DNA of 64,000 nt. It comes from Octopus sinensis (Eukaryota). The stretch spans positions 93,372,001 to 93,436,000 of the forward strand of contig NC_043005.1 in the NCBI RefSeq assembly GCF_006345805.1, in the 5' to 3' direction. Of this stretch, positions 27,900 to 40,187 are shown piece by piece; within the stretch, counting starts at the first letter, position 1; every line of letters begins with the position of its first letter. The notes below the pieces were generated by a model that was not told the origin of the DNA, made no database searches, and saw only the letters and a program-made list of their open reading frames with translations. The translations under genes were made by a program, and so were the position numbers.

Positions 27900-28915
27900 T
27901 TCTGCTCTTTCTAAGGGGACATCAACTTTTGACGGGTTTCATCAATGACCACTACTGTGCGTGGTGGATCCTCTCAGCCCTGCCCTCACTCATAGAGTCG
28001 GTCCCCTCTCACCAGTTATGCTGATGATACAAAAATATTAGAAGCGATCAAGGACCCTGAAGCTACATGAAAGCTACGGAAGGGTTGGAACGCAATATAA
28101 AAGTGGGCTGAGGTAAAACAATATGCAGGACCAGGACGTGTTGCAATCCCAGCAGAGTCGGTGTGTAACCTGGGAATTCACTTGAGTGGCGAAGCATCGT
28201 CCCGTATACATATTACTAAGACATCGACAATGTCCAAGACGACTGACTGGTTGAGTTCCAAGATCATTCAGAACACGAATGCGACTCCTATGGAGAAAAT
28301 TTGTTCTTACATGCCTAGCTTATTGCTCCCAATTATAGCTACCTGAAAGTGCCGAATTAACGACAGAACTGGAGGCAACCCAACGCCACTATACCAAGAA
28401 GATTGCCTCAGTGCAACAGATGGACTACTGGGAGAGGCTAAAAGAGATGAGGCTCTACTCTCTGAAGAGAAGATGGGAAAGGTATGCTGTGATGTATATG
28501 TGGAAGATCCCGGAGGGTCTAGCCCCCAACGTTGGGATTGAAAGCTTTACCAATCACGGCACTGGACGCTACTGCATAGTACCAACGATCTTGCTATCTC
28601 CGTTCAGAGCAAGAGCCCAACACTGAAACAGCTTTGAGTTCAAAGACTCGCATCTTTTCAATACATCGCTAAAAGACCTCAGAGATCTACGGTAGATGTG
28701 TCCAAAGAACAATTAGATTGATTTTTATCTAAGAAACCAGATGAACCGACATCACGGTAAGAGATGCAAGGAAGGGCAATTTTATCCAGTTCACTAATTC
28801 ATAAGAACATTTTCTGGAGACAGAACCGGAAAGTGGGTCTTAAATAACCAAGCATTAGTGCCAATGGCGGTGCCCCAGAATGGCCACAGCCTCTGGCTGA
28901 AACTAATAATAATCC
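27900..28915 (+). pseudogene. Decayed CR1-type LINE 3' fragment
   Basis: YADDTKIL at about 28017; ORF 28411..28626 (YWERLKEMRLYSLKRRWERYAVMYMWKI) parallels the LINE at 484-2595; same 3' motif plus (TAA) tail. Confidence 0.85.
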
Positions 28916-28924
28916 TTTCTATAA

Positions 28925-29080
28925 AAGACACAAGGCCTGAAATTTTGGGGGAGGGGGCTAGTCGATTACATCGACCCTAGTGTTTCACTGGTACTTCATT
29001 TATCGACCCCGAAAGGACAAAAGGCAAAGTCGAGGTCGGCGGATTTTGAACTCAGAATGTAAATACGGACGAAATAACGA
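28925..29080 (-). mobile_element. tRNA-derived SINE copy
   Basis: ATCGACCCTAGTG...CTGGTACTTCATTTATCGACCCCGAAAGG...TTTGAACTCAGAA, same family as 23930-24233. Confidence 0.8.
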
Positions 29081-29187
29081 TTAATTTGACAACAAAATTT
29101 TCAAGGTGGTGCCCCAGCATGGCTGCAGTCTAATGACTGAAACACGATAAAAAATACACACACGCACATATATATATACATACATAT

Positions 29188-29220
<33 letters not shown>

Positions 29221-29289
29221 CATGTGTGTGTGTGTGTATTTTATATATATATACACACACACGAGTTAAGGAATGGAGTAGATAAGATC

Positions 29290-29500
29290 TGGGCACGGTT
29301 CACCAAGGGTATCCATTCTCTCCGCTTTTATACGTAGTGGCCCTCGAGCCATTGCTGCGAAAGCTGAGAGGCATCCCGACGAATCCAGGAGGTGGAGGAT
29401 CGGTTACAGCGTACGCGGACGACATCACTATCATCGTGACCATGATGGAGTACCTACAGAAAGTAGGTGAAATCATCAAGGTTTACGAGACTGTGGCAGG
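29290..29500 (+). pseudogene. L1/Tx1-clade reverse transcriptase fragment
   Basis: VHQGYPFSPLLYVVALEPLLRKL...AYADDITI. Confidence 0.75.
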
Positions 29501-29592
29501 AACCAAACAGACAGCCGACCTCTTCACAAACAATAACACAATCCAAAAACTCCAACTCACAAAATCCCAAGCGGTTCGTTGATATCAAGTTG

Positions 29593-30010
29593 GGATCTTT
29601 TCGGTTTGAACGGCAGTTTTTAACATAATTTCTAGGTAACTAAATAATTTTAAACTTCGTATACTGGTAGAATGTGTTTATAAAACATCTTTTTCTCTTG
29701 GCTTTATTGAGAAAATTCTATAGTTTGTAAGATATTTGTTGTTTTTCTTCTTCAATTTCTGCAATTTCAACCAATCACTGACGTCTATTGAGGTAAAAAA
29801 AACATTCTGTGCCGTATGAATATGTCACTCGTTTAAGAAACAAATTGGGTTTATTTACTTTTGTGAAGAAAAAATGATACCCTTCTCCCCACCCCTAACC
29901 CTAACCCTAAAACAGATTGAAATGCAATAGATCGATACTAGGGTCATAATTATGGGTGACAATTTCATATGACACCGCTAGAAAAACTGCCGTTCAAACC
30001 GAAAAGATCC
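29593..30010 (+). mobile_element. GGATC-terminal MITE (418 bp), 8-bp TSD
   Basis: TIR GGATCTTTTCGGTTTGAACGGCAGTTTTT; TSD TCAAGTTG at 29585-29592 and 30011-30018. Confidence 0.92.
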
Positions 30011-30029
30011 TCAAGTTGTTAAAATTTTA

Positions 30030-30853
30030 GGATCTTTTCCTTTTGAACGGCACTTTGTAACATAATTTCTAAGTAACTAAAAAGTTTTAAACTTCGTATA
30101 CTGATAGAATGTGTTTATAAAACATTATTTTCTCTTGGCTTTATTGTGAAAATTCTATAGTTTGTAAGATATTTCGTCTGAAATTACTTGCATTTCGGCA
30201 ATTCTAACCAATCAATTACCTCCATTGACGTAAATAACATTCTGTGCATAATGAATATGTCCCTCCTTTAAGAAACAGATTTGTGAAAAAAAAAGATACC
30301 TTTCCCCCACCCCTAATCCTAACCCTAAATCTAAAATAGATTGAAATGCAATAGATCGATACTAGGGTTATAATTATGGGTGACAATTTCATACGACACC
30401 GCTACGGAAAATGGGATTTATTTCTAGCGGTGTCAAATGAAAATGTCACCCATAATTATGGCCCTAGTATCGATCTATTGCATTTCAATCTATTTTAGAT
30501 GTAGGGTTAGTGTTAGGGTTAGTTAGGGTTAGGGTTAGTTAGGGTTAGGGTTAGAGGTTGGGGAAGGGTATCTTTTTTTCTTCATAAATGTAAATAAACC
30601 CAATCTGTTTCTTAAAGGAGAGACATATTCATTATGCACAGAATGTTATTTACGTCAATGGAGGTAATTGATTGGTTAAAATTGCCGAAATGCAAGAAAT
30701 TTTAGACGAAATATCTTACAACCTATAGAATTTTCTCAATAAAGCCAAGAGAAAATGATGTTTTATAAACACATTCTACCAGCATACGAAGTTTAAAACT
30801 TTTTACTTACCTAGAAATTATGTTACAAAGTGCCGTTCAAAAGGAAAAGAACC
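30030..30853. mobile_element. Fully palindromic foldback derivative of the same family (824 bp), 8-bp TSD
   Basis: Arms of about 385 bp inverted around 30415-30420; TSD AAATTTTA at 30022-30029 and 30854-30861; right terminus GAACC. Confidence 0.9.
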
Positions 30854-31119
30854 AAATTTTAAGAGATATGAAAGATTTGAGAATTTTTAAAAAACGAATA
30901 TTTAGTCGGACCTACTCTTCATGCGGGATGGATATAATTAAAATTAAAGTTACAGGTTAACAGACATTACGACGCTATGTATTTTAAGACGAATCCACAA
31001 TATGAAGGGGGTGACTAGATTAAAATCTTAATGGCTAATTATTTTGGGGGAAGAATTTAAAAGTTGAAGGACATTTATGTTTATAGCCAATTATAACATC
31101 AGATATCTTATTAAGTAAG

Positions 31120-31560
31120 CTTTTTTTGTTAGCACGAGGTTTGTGGATCGCTTCCTGCGTGCATAAATTGCAATTTTTAGCGTATGTATTATATGGTGTG
31201 GTTTCCGTTATTATAAACCAATCTACACTAAATTCTTTATTGTGTATTTTAAATTTATTGATGTGGTTGAATTTTTAGTTTCGTGGTTAGTAAATGAGTT
31301 TGTATGTGCCCTATATCTAATTTTAAAATCAGTCGTACTATCTATGTAAATCTTTTTAGGTTTCCGTCTCCTCCCCGAGTTGTTCCTATTCTGCCCAGTA
31401 TAGTTATTGTTATTATATTTGAATAAATTATAGTATCTTCTAAAATGTTGCTGGTTTCTATATTCAGGGGCGGGGGTTGTTCATGGAAGGTGTGTCGGTG
31501 TTTGAATTCGCAATATTTGGAAACCGTTTGCCTAATTTGTTTTTAAAATTTGTGTTCTTA
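31120..31560 (-). pseudogene. Penelope-like element GIY-YIG endonuclease relic
   Basis: Manual minus-strand translation with a frameshift: KIYIDSTTDFK/IRYRAHTNSFTNHETKNSTT ... TPYNTYAKNCNLCTQEA, matching the YIG-x-T...RY..H..SF and CxLC motifs of PLE endonucleases. Confidence 0.65.
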
Positions 31561-32035
31561 ATATAATATTATTCTGAACGCCTTACTTCCCTGGGCATGG
31601 ACACATTGAAACTCCGACGTCTGGCAGCTGACTTGGCAGACACCCATAAAATTATTAACCATCTTACAAACAATAACTCTGAGCACCTTTTCAAACTCCA
31701 CCCGTCTAACACCCGTGGACATATTTACAAAGTCAGAAAACAGCACAGCTCCCATGACTTTAGGAAATATTTTTTCACGCTGAGAGTTGCTGAAGCATGG
31801 AACAAACTGCCGGCATCAGTTGTTAGTTGTCGGAGCACTGCATCCTTCAAAACTTCCATGCTTCCTGAGATTCGCCAACACTACACATGATTTTCTCCCC
31901 TCCATACACACGCAAGCATGTATCTGGCTCATACACTGTTCACTTTCCAGACATTTGTACATTACTGCAAATACTTTATACGCACTTTCTGACAAGTTGT
32001 GGTGCACCTGAGCACTGTATTTCATTATTATTTAT
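31560..32035 (+). pseudogene. CR1/L2-group LINE extreme 3' fragment
   Basis: ORF 31597..31890 has TRGHIYKV...FFTLRVAEAWNKLPASVV...FK, the typical CR1/L2 ORF2 C-terminus; ends in an ATT-rich tail. Confidence 0.82.
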
Positions 32036-32484
32036 TTAATATATTTTTCTATTGAATCCAGTCTTTTAATGGGGTGTTATAAAGAAGGACAAAATCATCG
32101 AAGATCTTTTCGTTTGCGGATAAAAATTCTAATATATATAATATACATTTTATATATAGATAAATTTAAAGTAATAAGGGTGAAAAATTGAATATTAATT
32201 TCATTAATATCAATTTAAAACCAATGCTCTAGCGTATTAAAATCTGAAGATACAGAAACATTTATATAAATTTATATTTATATGTATGTAATATATATCC
32301 CCTTATTCAGGATAGATATTTAGAAGGTGTGATGTTTTTTTTTTGCGTGTGTGTATGAATGAATCTTCGAGCGTATAGGTATGAAGATTTATACTTTTCG
32401 AGATTTACACGTATGCATGCGTGGACGTATGTACTAGTGGAAATGTACACACACTCACACACATGTATATATGTATATGTGTAA

Positions 32485-32534
<50 letters not shown>

Positions 32535-32745
32535 CTATGTGTGTACATGTATGTATGTATGTATGTGCGTCGGCCTCCGATCAACATGTGCTTTTTTAAG
32601 CTCCTAGAAAATCGCCAAGAAATTTCTGAAAAGCTGCGAAGGCTATAATAAATAAAACTCAAAAAAGCCTTGAATGTCTTCCTGAATGACTGAGCATTGA
32701 TTTGAGGAAATTTAAAGTGAAATATATTAAACAGGAAGAATCTTT

Positions 32746-34638
32746 GGTTAATATAGGGCGTAACAAATATCAGAAAATCAAAAAAAAAATGTGTGTAATA
32801 GGTGTAAAACAACTTCCTATGAACGAATATGAAAAAAAAAATTCGCGCACGCGAAAGGGGGGTGGGGGAGAGGCCTCGGAAAATTCACATCGGGAAGTTC
32901 CGAAAGCGTCTGAGGAGCTGACCCGGGCACCAAAACAAAAAAAAAATGGTGTAATATGTGTAAAACAACTTGCTCTAAACGAATATGACAAAAAAATGCG
33001 CTCTCGAGAAAGAGGGGTGGGGGAGAGGCCTCGGAATATTTATATCGGGAATTTCCGAAAGCGTCTGAACCGGGCACAAAAGCAAAAACAAAAACAGCGT
33101 AATAGGTGTAAAACAACTTGCTCTAAACGACTATCATGAAAAAAATGCGCGCTCGCGAAAGGGGGGTGGGGGAGAGGCTTCGGAAATTTCACATCTTCAG
33201 TCCACGGCCTTTAAACTAAGAAAAAATAGTGTAATTGGTGTAAAACTACTTGTTCTAAACGAGTATCAAGAACACACACTCACACATGAATCATAAACTC
33301 CGTATTTCACAAAAAAAAAAAATAAAGAGAAGAAATTCTGGAAAAAGTGAAGAAATGTTGGATCTCATTCCTTGGTTAAAGCTATTTTAAACATTAAATT
33401 TATGCTTTTCTTTGAAATAGTTCAGATATATGCAATTCTTCTCACTTATTAAGATGCATTTATCAGAAAAAAAGAGACAGAAAAAATTATTATTTTGTGT
33501 CAATCCTTCCCTAATTATCCTTTATTAATTAGTTTTGGCGTGTATTTTTTTCCCAAATTTATTCTTTCACCTTTACAACACTGTTTAGTAAAGCAATTAA
33601 TTATCTTTATAATTTGCATATTTGACTTATTAATCAAAATTCTCTAGATGTAATATATACTAAGTAATGCATCCTTCATTTATGTGTTCCGTTCTGTATT
33701 ATGCATGCGTGAATGTGAATATTAAAGAACATATGATTGTTACTATGATTGTTATTTTCAGAACAAATAAATCTTTTGGCTGTTATGTTATTGATGTTAT
33801 TATTATTGCTAGTTAAAGGGTGGTGACTTGGCTGAATATTTTGAGTCTTGTAGTATGTAGTTGTGTTAGTCAATATTCTGAGTTCAAATCCAACTCATTT
33901 CTTTATCATCATTATCGATGGACCACTCAAAGAGGTATGTATACATTATCATTTTCGTAACATAATTTCTGTAGTATTTCAAGATGTTTCTGACACGTAT
34001 TTTGATTCACATGGCGGAGATCCAACATTTCTTCACTTTTTCCAGAATTTCTTCTCTTTATTTTTTTTTTTTGTGAAATACGGAGTTTATGATTCATGTG
34101 TGAGTGTGTGTTCTTGATACTCGTTTAGAACAAGTAGTTTTACACCAATTACACTATTTTTCTTAGTTTAAAGGCCGTGGACTGAAGATGTGAAATTTCC
34201 GAAGCCTCTCCCCCACCCCCCTTTCGCGAGCGCGCATTTTTTTCATGATAGTCGTTTAGAGCAAGTTGTTTTACACCTATTACGCTGTTTTTGTTTTTGC
34301 TTTTGTGCCCGGTTCAGACGCTTTCGGAAATTCCCGATATAAATATTCCGAGGCCTCTCCCCCACCCCTCTTTCGCGAGAGCGCATTCTTTTTTGTCATA
34401 TTCGTTTAGAGCAAGTTGTTTTACACATATTACACTATTTTTTTTTTGTTTTGGTGCCCGGGTCAGCCCCTCAGACGCTTTCGGAACTTCCCGATGTGAA
34501 TTTTCCGAGGCCTCTCCCCCACCCCCCTTTCGCGTGCGCGAATTTTTTTTTTCATATTCGTTCATAGGAAGTTGTTTTACACCTATTACACACATTTTTT
34601 TTTTGATTTTCTGATATTTGTTACGCCCTATATTAACC
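32746..34638. mobile_element. Non-autonomous foldback DNA transposon, probably Merlin superfamily (1893 bp)
   Basis: TIRs of about 621 bp (32746-33366 and 34017-34638) built from ~135-bp subrepeats; termini GGTTAA (fits Merlin GGNNRM); 8-bp TSD GAATCTTT at 32738-32745 and 34639-34646. Confidence 0.88.
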
Positions 34639-35809
34639 GAATCTTTTGCGAATGTAGTAATTATAAACATTGCAAATAATGGATTTTACGAAATTTGAAA
34701 ATTAACTGCGATTTTTGATCGGAACAAAGGAATAAAATAAAATAAAAAATAAAATCATTATCTGAATAACTTTTGAATGAAAACGTAACAAGACATATTT
34801 AAAGAAAAAAGAAAAACCATCTGAAATACAAAGAAGGGAAAAACAGAAAATTTATACACAGACGTATACAACACATGGTATCACTTTAACTTGAAAAGAA
34901 GTTCAAAGTCTTCCACTGCCTTGGAAATACCCATCTCTTTGGAAAAACTAGATAAGTATCTGTATATATATATATATATATATATACATTCCTTAGGTAT
35001 TGGAACAGTACCTTTAATGATTCTACAAAAAGAAAATAACTGTGTCTCCTTGTCGTAAATCTGTGTTACCATGTGTAGCAACCACGATCGAAAACACGAC
35101 ATTCTACTTCGTAAAGATATATGTAAGTACATCCCAAATTCTAGAAAAATCATACACAGTTTTTTCTAGAAAACCCATACACACAGTATTATATATCAAC
35201 ACGCACCGCACACAAATATATACACAAAGCGAATTTAAATCATACTTTCTTCTTCACCAACCATTGTATCCTTACATCTTTTGATTGTACATATAACTGT
35301 ATTTTTTTGTATGGCAGGTCACTTTCGAGTGCTACTGGTAACATGTAACCCAGAACAACCTGTTGCATGGTCGGGTCGTCGGCGACTAAACCGGTAACCC
35401 CACCAAGCTTGCTTGGTGAGGAGGGTGTTTATTGGACACCCTGCGGGATGAAAAACAAAACCCGTCAAAGGGCGGAGGAACTCTTGAGAGTCAACGGCCA
35501 TCCAATAAATGTGTTTTTTTTTCTTTTCTTTTCTTCTTAAGGCTTAAGGCTGTATCATGCGCGGGGACATAGAAATAATCGGACTGAATACCCGATCGCG
35601 CGGTTAAACCATTGGGAGTGAAGGACTCCTAGCCTTTGTTAGGGCATCCTTCTAGGAGAAGGTAACTCAGGTAACTGGGATAACTCCGACATAAAACCTG
35701 CGGCTCAGTGGTTACCAATGATGTTGACTTGTTCTTCTTTTCGGATTATGGCTACTGTTGCTTAGTGAGTGGGATTGACTTTCCTCACTTAAAAAAAAAT
35801 CTTTTTGCA

Positions 35810-38800
35810 CAGGTATTGCACGATAACTACATTGGATTGATTAAAGTGATTAACTAATTCATGACTGTTGATAGTGCTGTGAGTCTCAACTGAATGGCTG
35901 ACTGTAGCCTTAAAAAGCAAAAATCAATGATGTACCGAAACAGTATAAAAATAAATGGCAGTAAGGAATCTGGAACCACATCGGCTGAAAGAGTCTGGCC
36001 CGGTAGGGGCTCCAGAGAATCACAATCTGAACCCGGCCGTCATCATGCTACTGTGATAGAACCAAAGAAAATAATGAATATTGGCTGTTGGAATGTAAGG
36101 ACACTGCTTGACCACAAGTCCTCTGAATGTCCTGAAAGAAGGACTACGCTTGTTGCGAAGGAGCTTCAACGCTATGATCTTGACATCGTTGCTTTATCTG
36201 AGATGAGATTACCTGGAGATGATCATCTTACAAAATCTTGTGGATAAATATATATTCTTTTGGAAAGGGAGAGATGAAGAGCTTAGAGGAGAAGCTGGAG
36301 TGGCATTTGCTGTTAAGACTACTCTTGTGGACAAATTGGAAGAATTCCCAATCGGAATTAACGAGCGTCTTATGTCCATGAGAATTCCTTTGGCTAAAGG
36401 AAATTATATGACCTTGGTGAATGTGTATGCTCCAACTATGTGCTATACTGATGACGAAAAACTTTCTTTCTACCATGCTTTGAAGGGCTTTATAAGAAAT
36501 ATCCCTCGGGCAGACAAAGTCATTGTACTGGGTGACTTTAATGCTAGAGTGGGTAGGGATTTTAACACATGGACTGTAATTGGAAAGCATGGGGTGGGGA
36601 AGTGTAATAGTAATAGCATGCTTTTGCTGCAGATGTGTGAGGAGCTGAGTCTGTGTGTTACCAATACCATGTTTCAACAAAAGAATAAGCTTAAGACTAC
36701 ATGGATGCACCCTGCATCTAAAGAATGGCATATTCTGGATTACATCCTAGTTAGGGTGCGTGACAGACAGGATGTGCAGTGTGTTCGTGTTCTTCGTGGA
36801 GCTGAGTGTTGGACTGACCACCGCCTAGTACGTGCAAAAGTGAAATTAGTCACAAAACATAAAATCCGAACTGCAGGGATTACCCTGCCTAAAAGACTGA
36901 ATGTTGATCGTCTTAGGTATAATAGTGTGAAGAGATCTTTACGAGAGGAAATGAATGCTGCAGATATTGGGGAGGATTGGCCGACCCTTAGAAAATCAGT
37001 TTATGATATAGGCAAAAAAGTTTTGGGATTGATACAAAGAAAGCATCAAGATTGGTTCAAAGAAAATGATGAACATATAGATGATTTATTGGCTGATAAA
37101 AGACGTACTTGGTCACGCTATTTGTCAGCAAAGTCACAGGAAAGGGAAGTGTTGCATAGGGAACTCAAGGACGTAAAATCACGTGTGAGGCAAAAGCTCT
37201 CTCAGATGAGGGATACGTGGTGGAGTAAGAAGGCTGACGAGATACAGGCGGCATCAGATTCCAATAACACAAAGCTGTTGTATGGTCTCTTGCGAGAAGT
37301 TTATGGACCGACATCTTCCCTGATGACACCAATTCGAAGCAGGGATGGTAAAGAACTTCTTCGTGATTCACAAGGAATTCTGCAAAGGTGGCAAGAACAC
37401 TTTGATGAACTTTTGAATCAGCAGTCTGTAGTTAGTGAGGATGTTCTCAATCTCATCTCTGGATTGCCTGTGAAGGCAGCACTCGCAGAACCACCAAAGT
37501 TGGAAGAAGTTGCAATGGCTGTCTCAAAGTTGAATAATGGGAAGTCTCCGGGTATGGATGGCATACATGCGGAGTTGTTACAGCATGGTGGTGAGAAAAT
37601 TCTGCAGAAACTTCACTCTTTGTTTGGTAAGGTATGGACTAGGGAATCTGTACCTGAGGGCTGGAGAGATGCAGTAATGGTGGTCCTGTATAAGAGAAAG
37701 GGCAACAGGAATGATTGTGGTAATTATAGGGGAATATCATTGCTGTCTGCTGTAGGAAAGGTTTTATGCAGGATACTTCTGGATCGTCTGCTGAAATACG
37801 TTGCAGATTGTGTTCTTCCAGAAAGTCAATCTGGCTTTCATGTGGGACGTGGCACAGCTGATATGATCTTTTCAGCTAGACAGCTTCAGAAAAAGTGTGT
37901 GGAACAGGGTCTGGATTTGTATCAGGTGTTTGTCGATCTAACAAAAGCCTTTGATACCGTCAATAGAAAAGCATTGTGGAAAGTCCTCCAGAAACTTGGG
38001 TGTCCTGAAAATTTCCTTGCTTTGGTTAGGTCTTTTCATGAAGACATGAATGGTAGGGTGAATTTTAGAGGGAAGATGTCGGAGCCCATTTCAATACAAA
38101 ATGGAGTGAAACAGGGGGATATTCTAGCACCCACCCTATTTTCCATATATTTCGCGATGGTGTTCTGTATTGCATTCAGAAACTGCAGATACGGTGTTTA
38201 CGTCCATTATCGAACCTCTGGCAGCATATTTAATATCAGGCGCCTTGCTGCAAAAACAAAGATATTTACCTCTGTCATAAGAGACCTTTTGTATGCTGAT
38301 GATTGTGAGCTAGTAGCACACACAGAGATTGATATGCAACACATTTTGAATGCATTCTCTGATGCTTGCACTGCCTTAGGATTGACAGTCAATCTCAAGA
38401 AAACTGTTGTCATGCATCAACCTGCCCCTGGTAAGCAGTATAGTGTACCAAATATCTATGTGTATGGTAAATGACTTGATGTAGTCGATCAGTTTGTCTA
38501 CCTGGGAAGCACTATTAATAGACATGGCAATGTGGATGATGAAGTTCCATATAGAATTAGGAAAGCAAGTGTTGCTTTCGGAAGGCTAGAAAAGTGCCTC
38601 TGGAATCGGCGAGACATATGCAGAAAGACAAAGATAAAGGTGTACAAGGCATGTGTTCTCCCTTCTCTTCTCTATGCCTGCGAGACGTGGGTACATATCG
38701 ATACCACCTTAAACATCTGGAACGTTTCCATCAGATGTGCCTCAGACGGATCTATAGCATTAAGTGGAAGGACCGCATCAGTGATCTTGAAATATTGGAA

Positions 38801-39542
38801 GGCTCTCGGAGTGAAAGTATAGAAGCTCTTGTGTTAAAGCAAAGGCTCAGATGGAGTGGTCATCTGGTCAGAATGAAGGATTCAAGGATGCCAAAACAAC
38901 TCTTTTATGGAGAGTTAGCTAAAGAAGAACGGCCTCCACATAAACCAAAAAAGTGGTATAAGGACTTGATGAAGGCTTCCTTAAGAGATGCTTGCATCTC
39001 TCCTGACACATGTGAAGGCATAGCTATTGATCGTAGCAGGTGGAGAAGGATTGTGCATGAGGGGACAGCCACGTTTGAGAAATCTCGAGTTGCACATGAG
39101 AAAGTAAGGAGGGATGTCAGGAAGGGCATCGCTGTTACACTTCCAGAAGGGAAGGGTCTTCCTTTGATTCTGACATGCAATGTCTGTGCAAGACCCTGCC
39201 TCAGTAAAGCTGGACTCATGAGTCATCTTCGTAGTCATAAAACGAGACAGATGAGTGACAACCGGGCCACTGGTGGTGGTAACACACCATACTAATCATG
39301 TCTGTCGGGCATGTGGAAGAGAGTGTAATTCGGCAGGAGACTTAAACGACATGCAAAGGTACATGAAGCCCAGTTACAACTACAGCCGGCTATTACCAGT
39401 AAAGGTCTTAGTTGCCAATTTTGTACAAGACATTGTAGATCTTTAGCTGGGCTAAAATGTCACATTCGATCACAGCACCAATAACAGTTAAGCTTCGTGC
39501 AATGGCCATACTCGATAACGAGGGGGCAGCCATAATGTAATG
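35810..39542 (+). mobile_element. Near full-length RTE-clade LINE (APE endonuclease, RT, C-terminal C2H2 fingers), inactivated
   Basis: Endonuclease motifs GCWNVRTL, ALSEMR, VNVYAPT, LGDFNARVG, WTDHRLV; RT motifs DLTKAFDTV, GVKQGDILAP, LYADD. Frameshift near 36225, stop at 38472-38474, frameshift near 38690. CNVCARPCLSKAGLMSHLRSH finger; 3' end ACGAGGGGGCAGCCATAATGTAATG. 5' limit approximate. Confidence 0.93.
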
Positions 39543-40187
39543 TGTGCGTATATATATATGTGTGTGTGGCATGTGTATATACATTTACCTTTATGTATTT
39601 TTTGTACGAGTGTATGGGGGTACACATACGTGTATGGATATGGGTATGTGTAGGTATATATAAGTGTATACATATGTGGGTGTGTATATGTAGGTGTGTA
39701 CACATATGTATGTGTATACATATGCATGTGTATGTATATATATATATGTATATGTATGCATATGTATGTGTATGTGTATGTATATGTGTATATATATATA
39801 TATATATGTATGTGTATATATATGAGTGGGTGTGCATGTATATGTATGTGGGTGTATATATGCATATATATAAGTATATACATATATATGTGTGTATGTA
39901 TATGTGCATTTACATATATGTATATATGGGTGTGTGTATACGTATGTATGTATGTATGTGTGTATGTGTACGCAGGTGTGTGTATGCGTGAACATGTGTG
40001 AACATGTACAGACGCATGCATGTATGTGTGTATATATATATGTATGTATGTATGTATTGGAAGGTTTGGAGATATATATGTATTTATGTGTGTGTAGGTA
40101 TGCGTGTGTATGTGTATATGTGCGTGTATGTGTAGGTATATGTATGTGTGTGTATATGCATATATATGTATGTGTGTATATATATAT
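39543..40187. repeat. (TG)n/(TA)n compound microsatellite
   Basis: Direct inspection. Confidence 0.9.

Noticed and set aside
32244-32259. CTGAAGA-TACA-GAAAC hammerhead-like core
   Set aside because: No stem II and no properly placed UH triplet or stem III.
32702-33139. Lys-rich repetitive ORFs (also 34314..34670)
   Set aside because: Arise from the TIR subrepeats of the foldback element; no transposase motifs.
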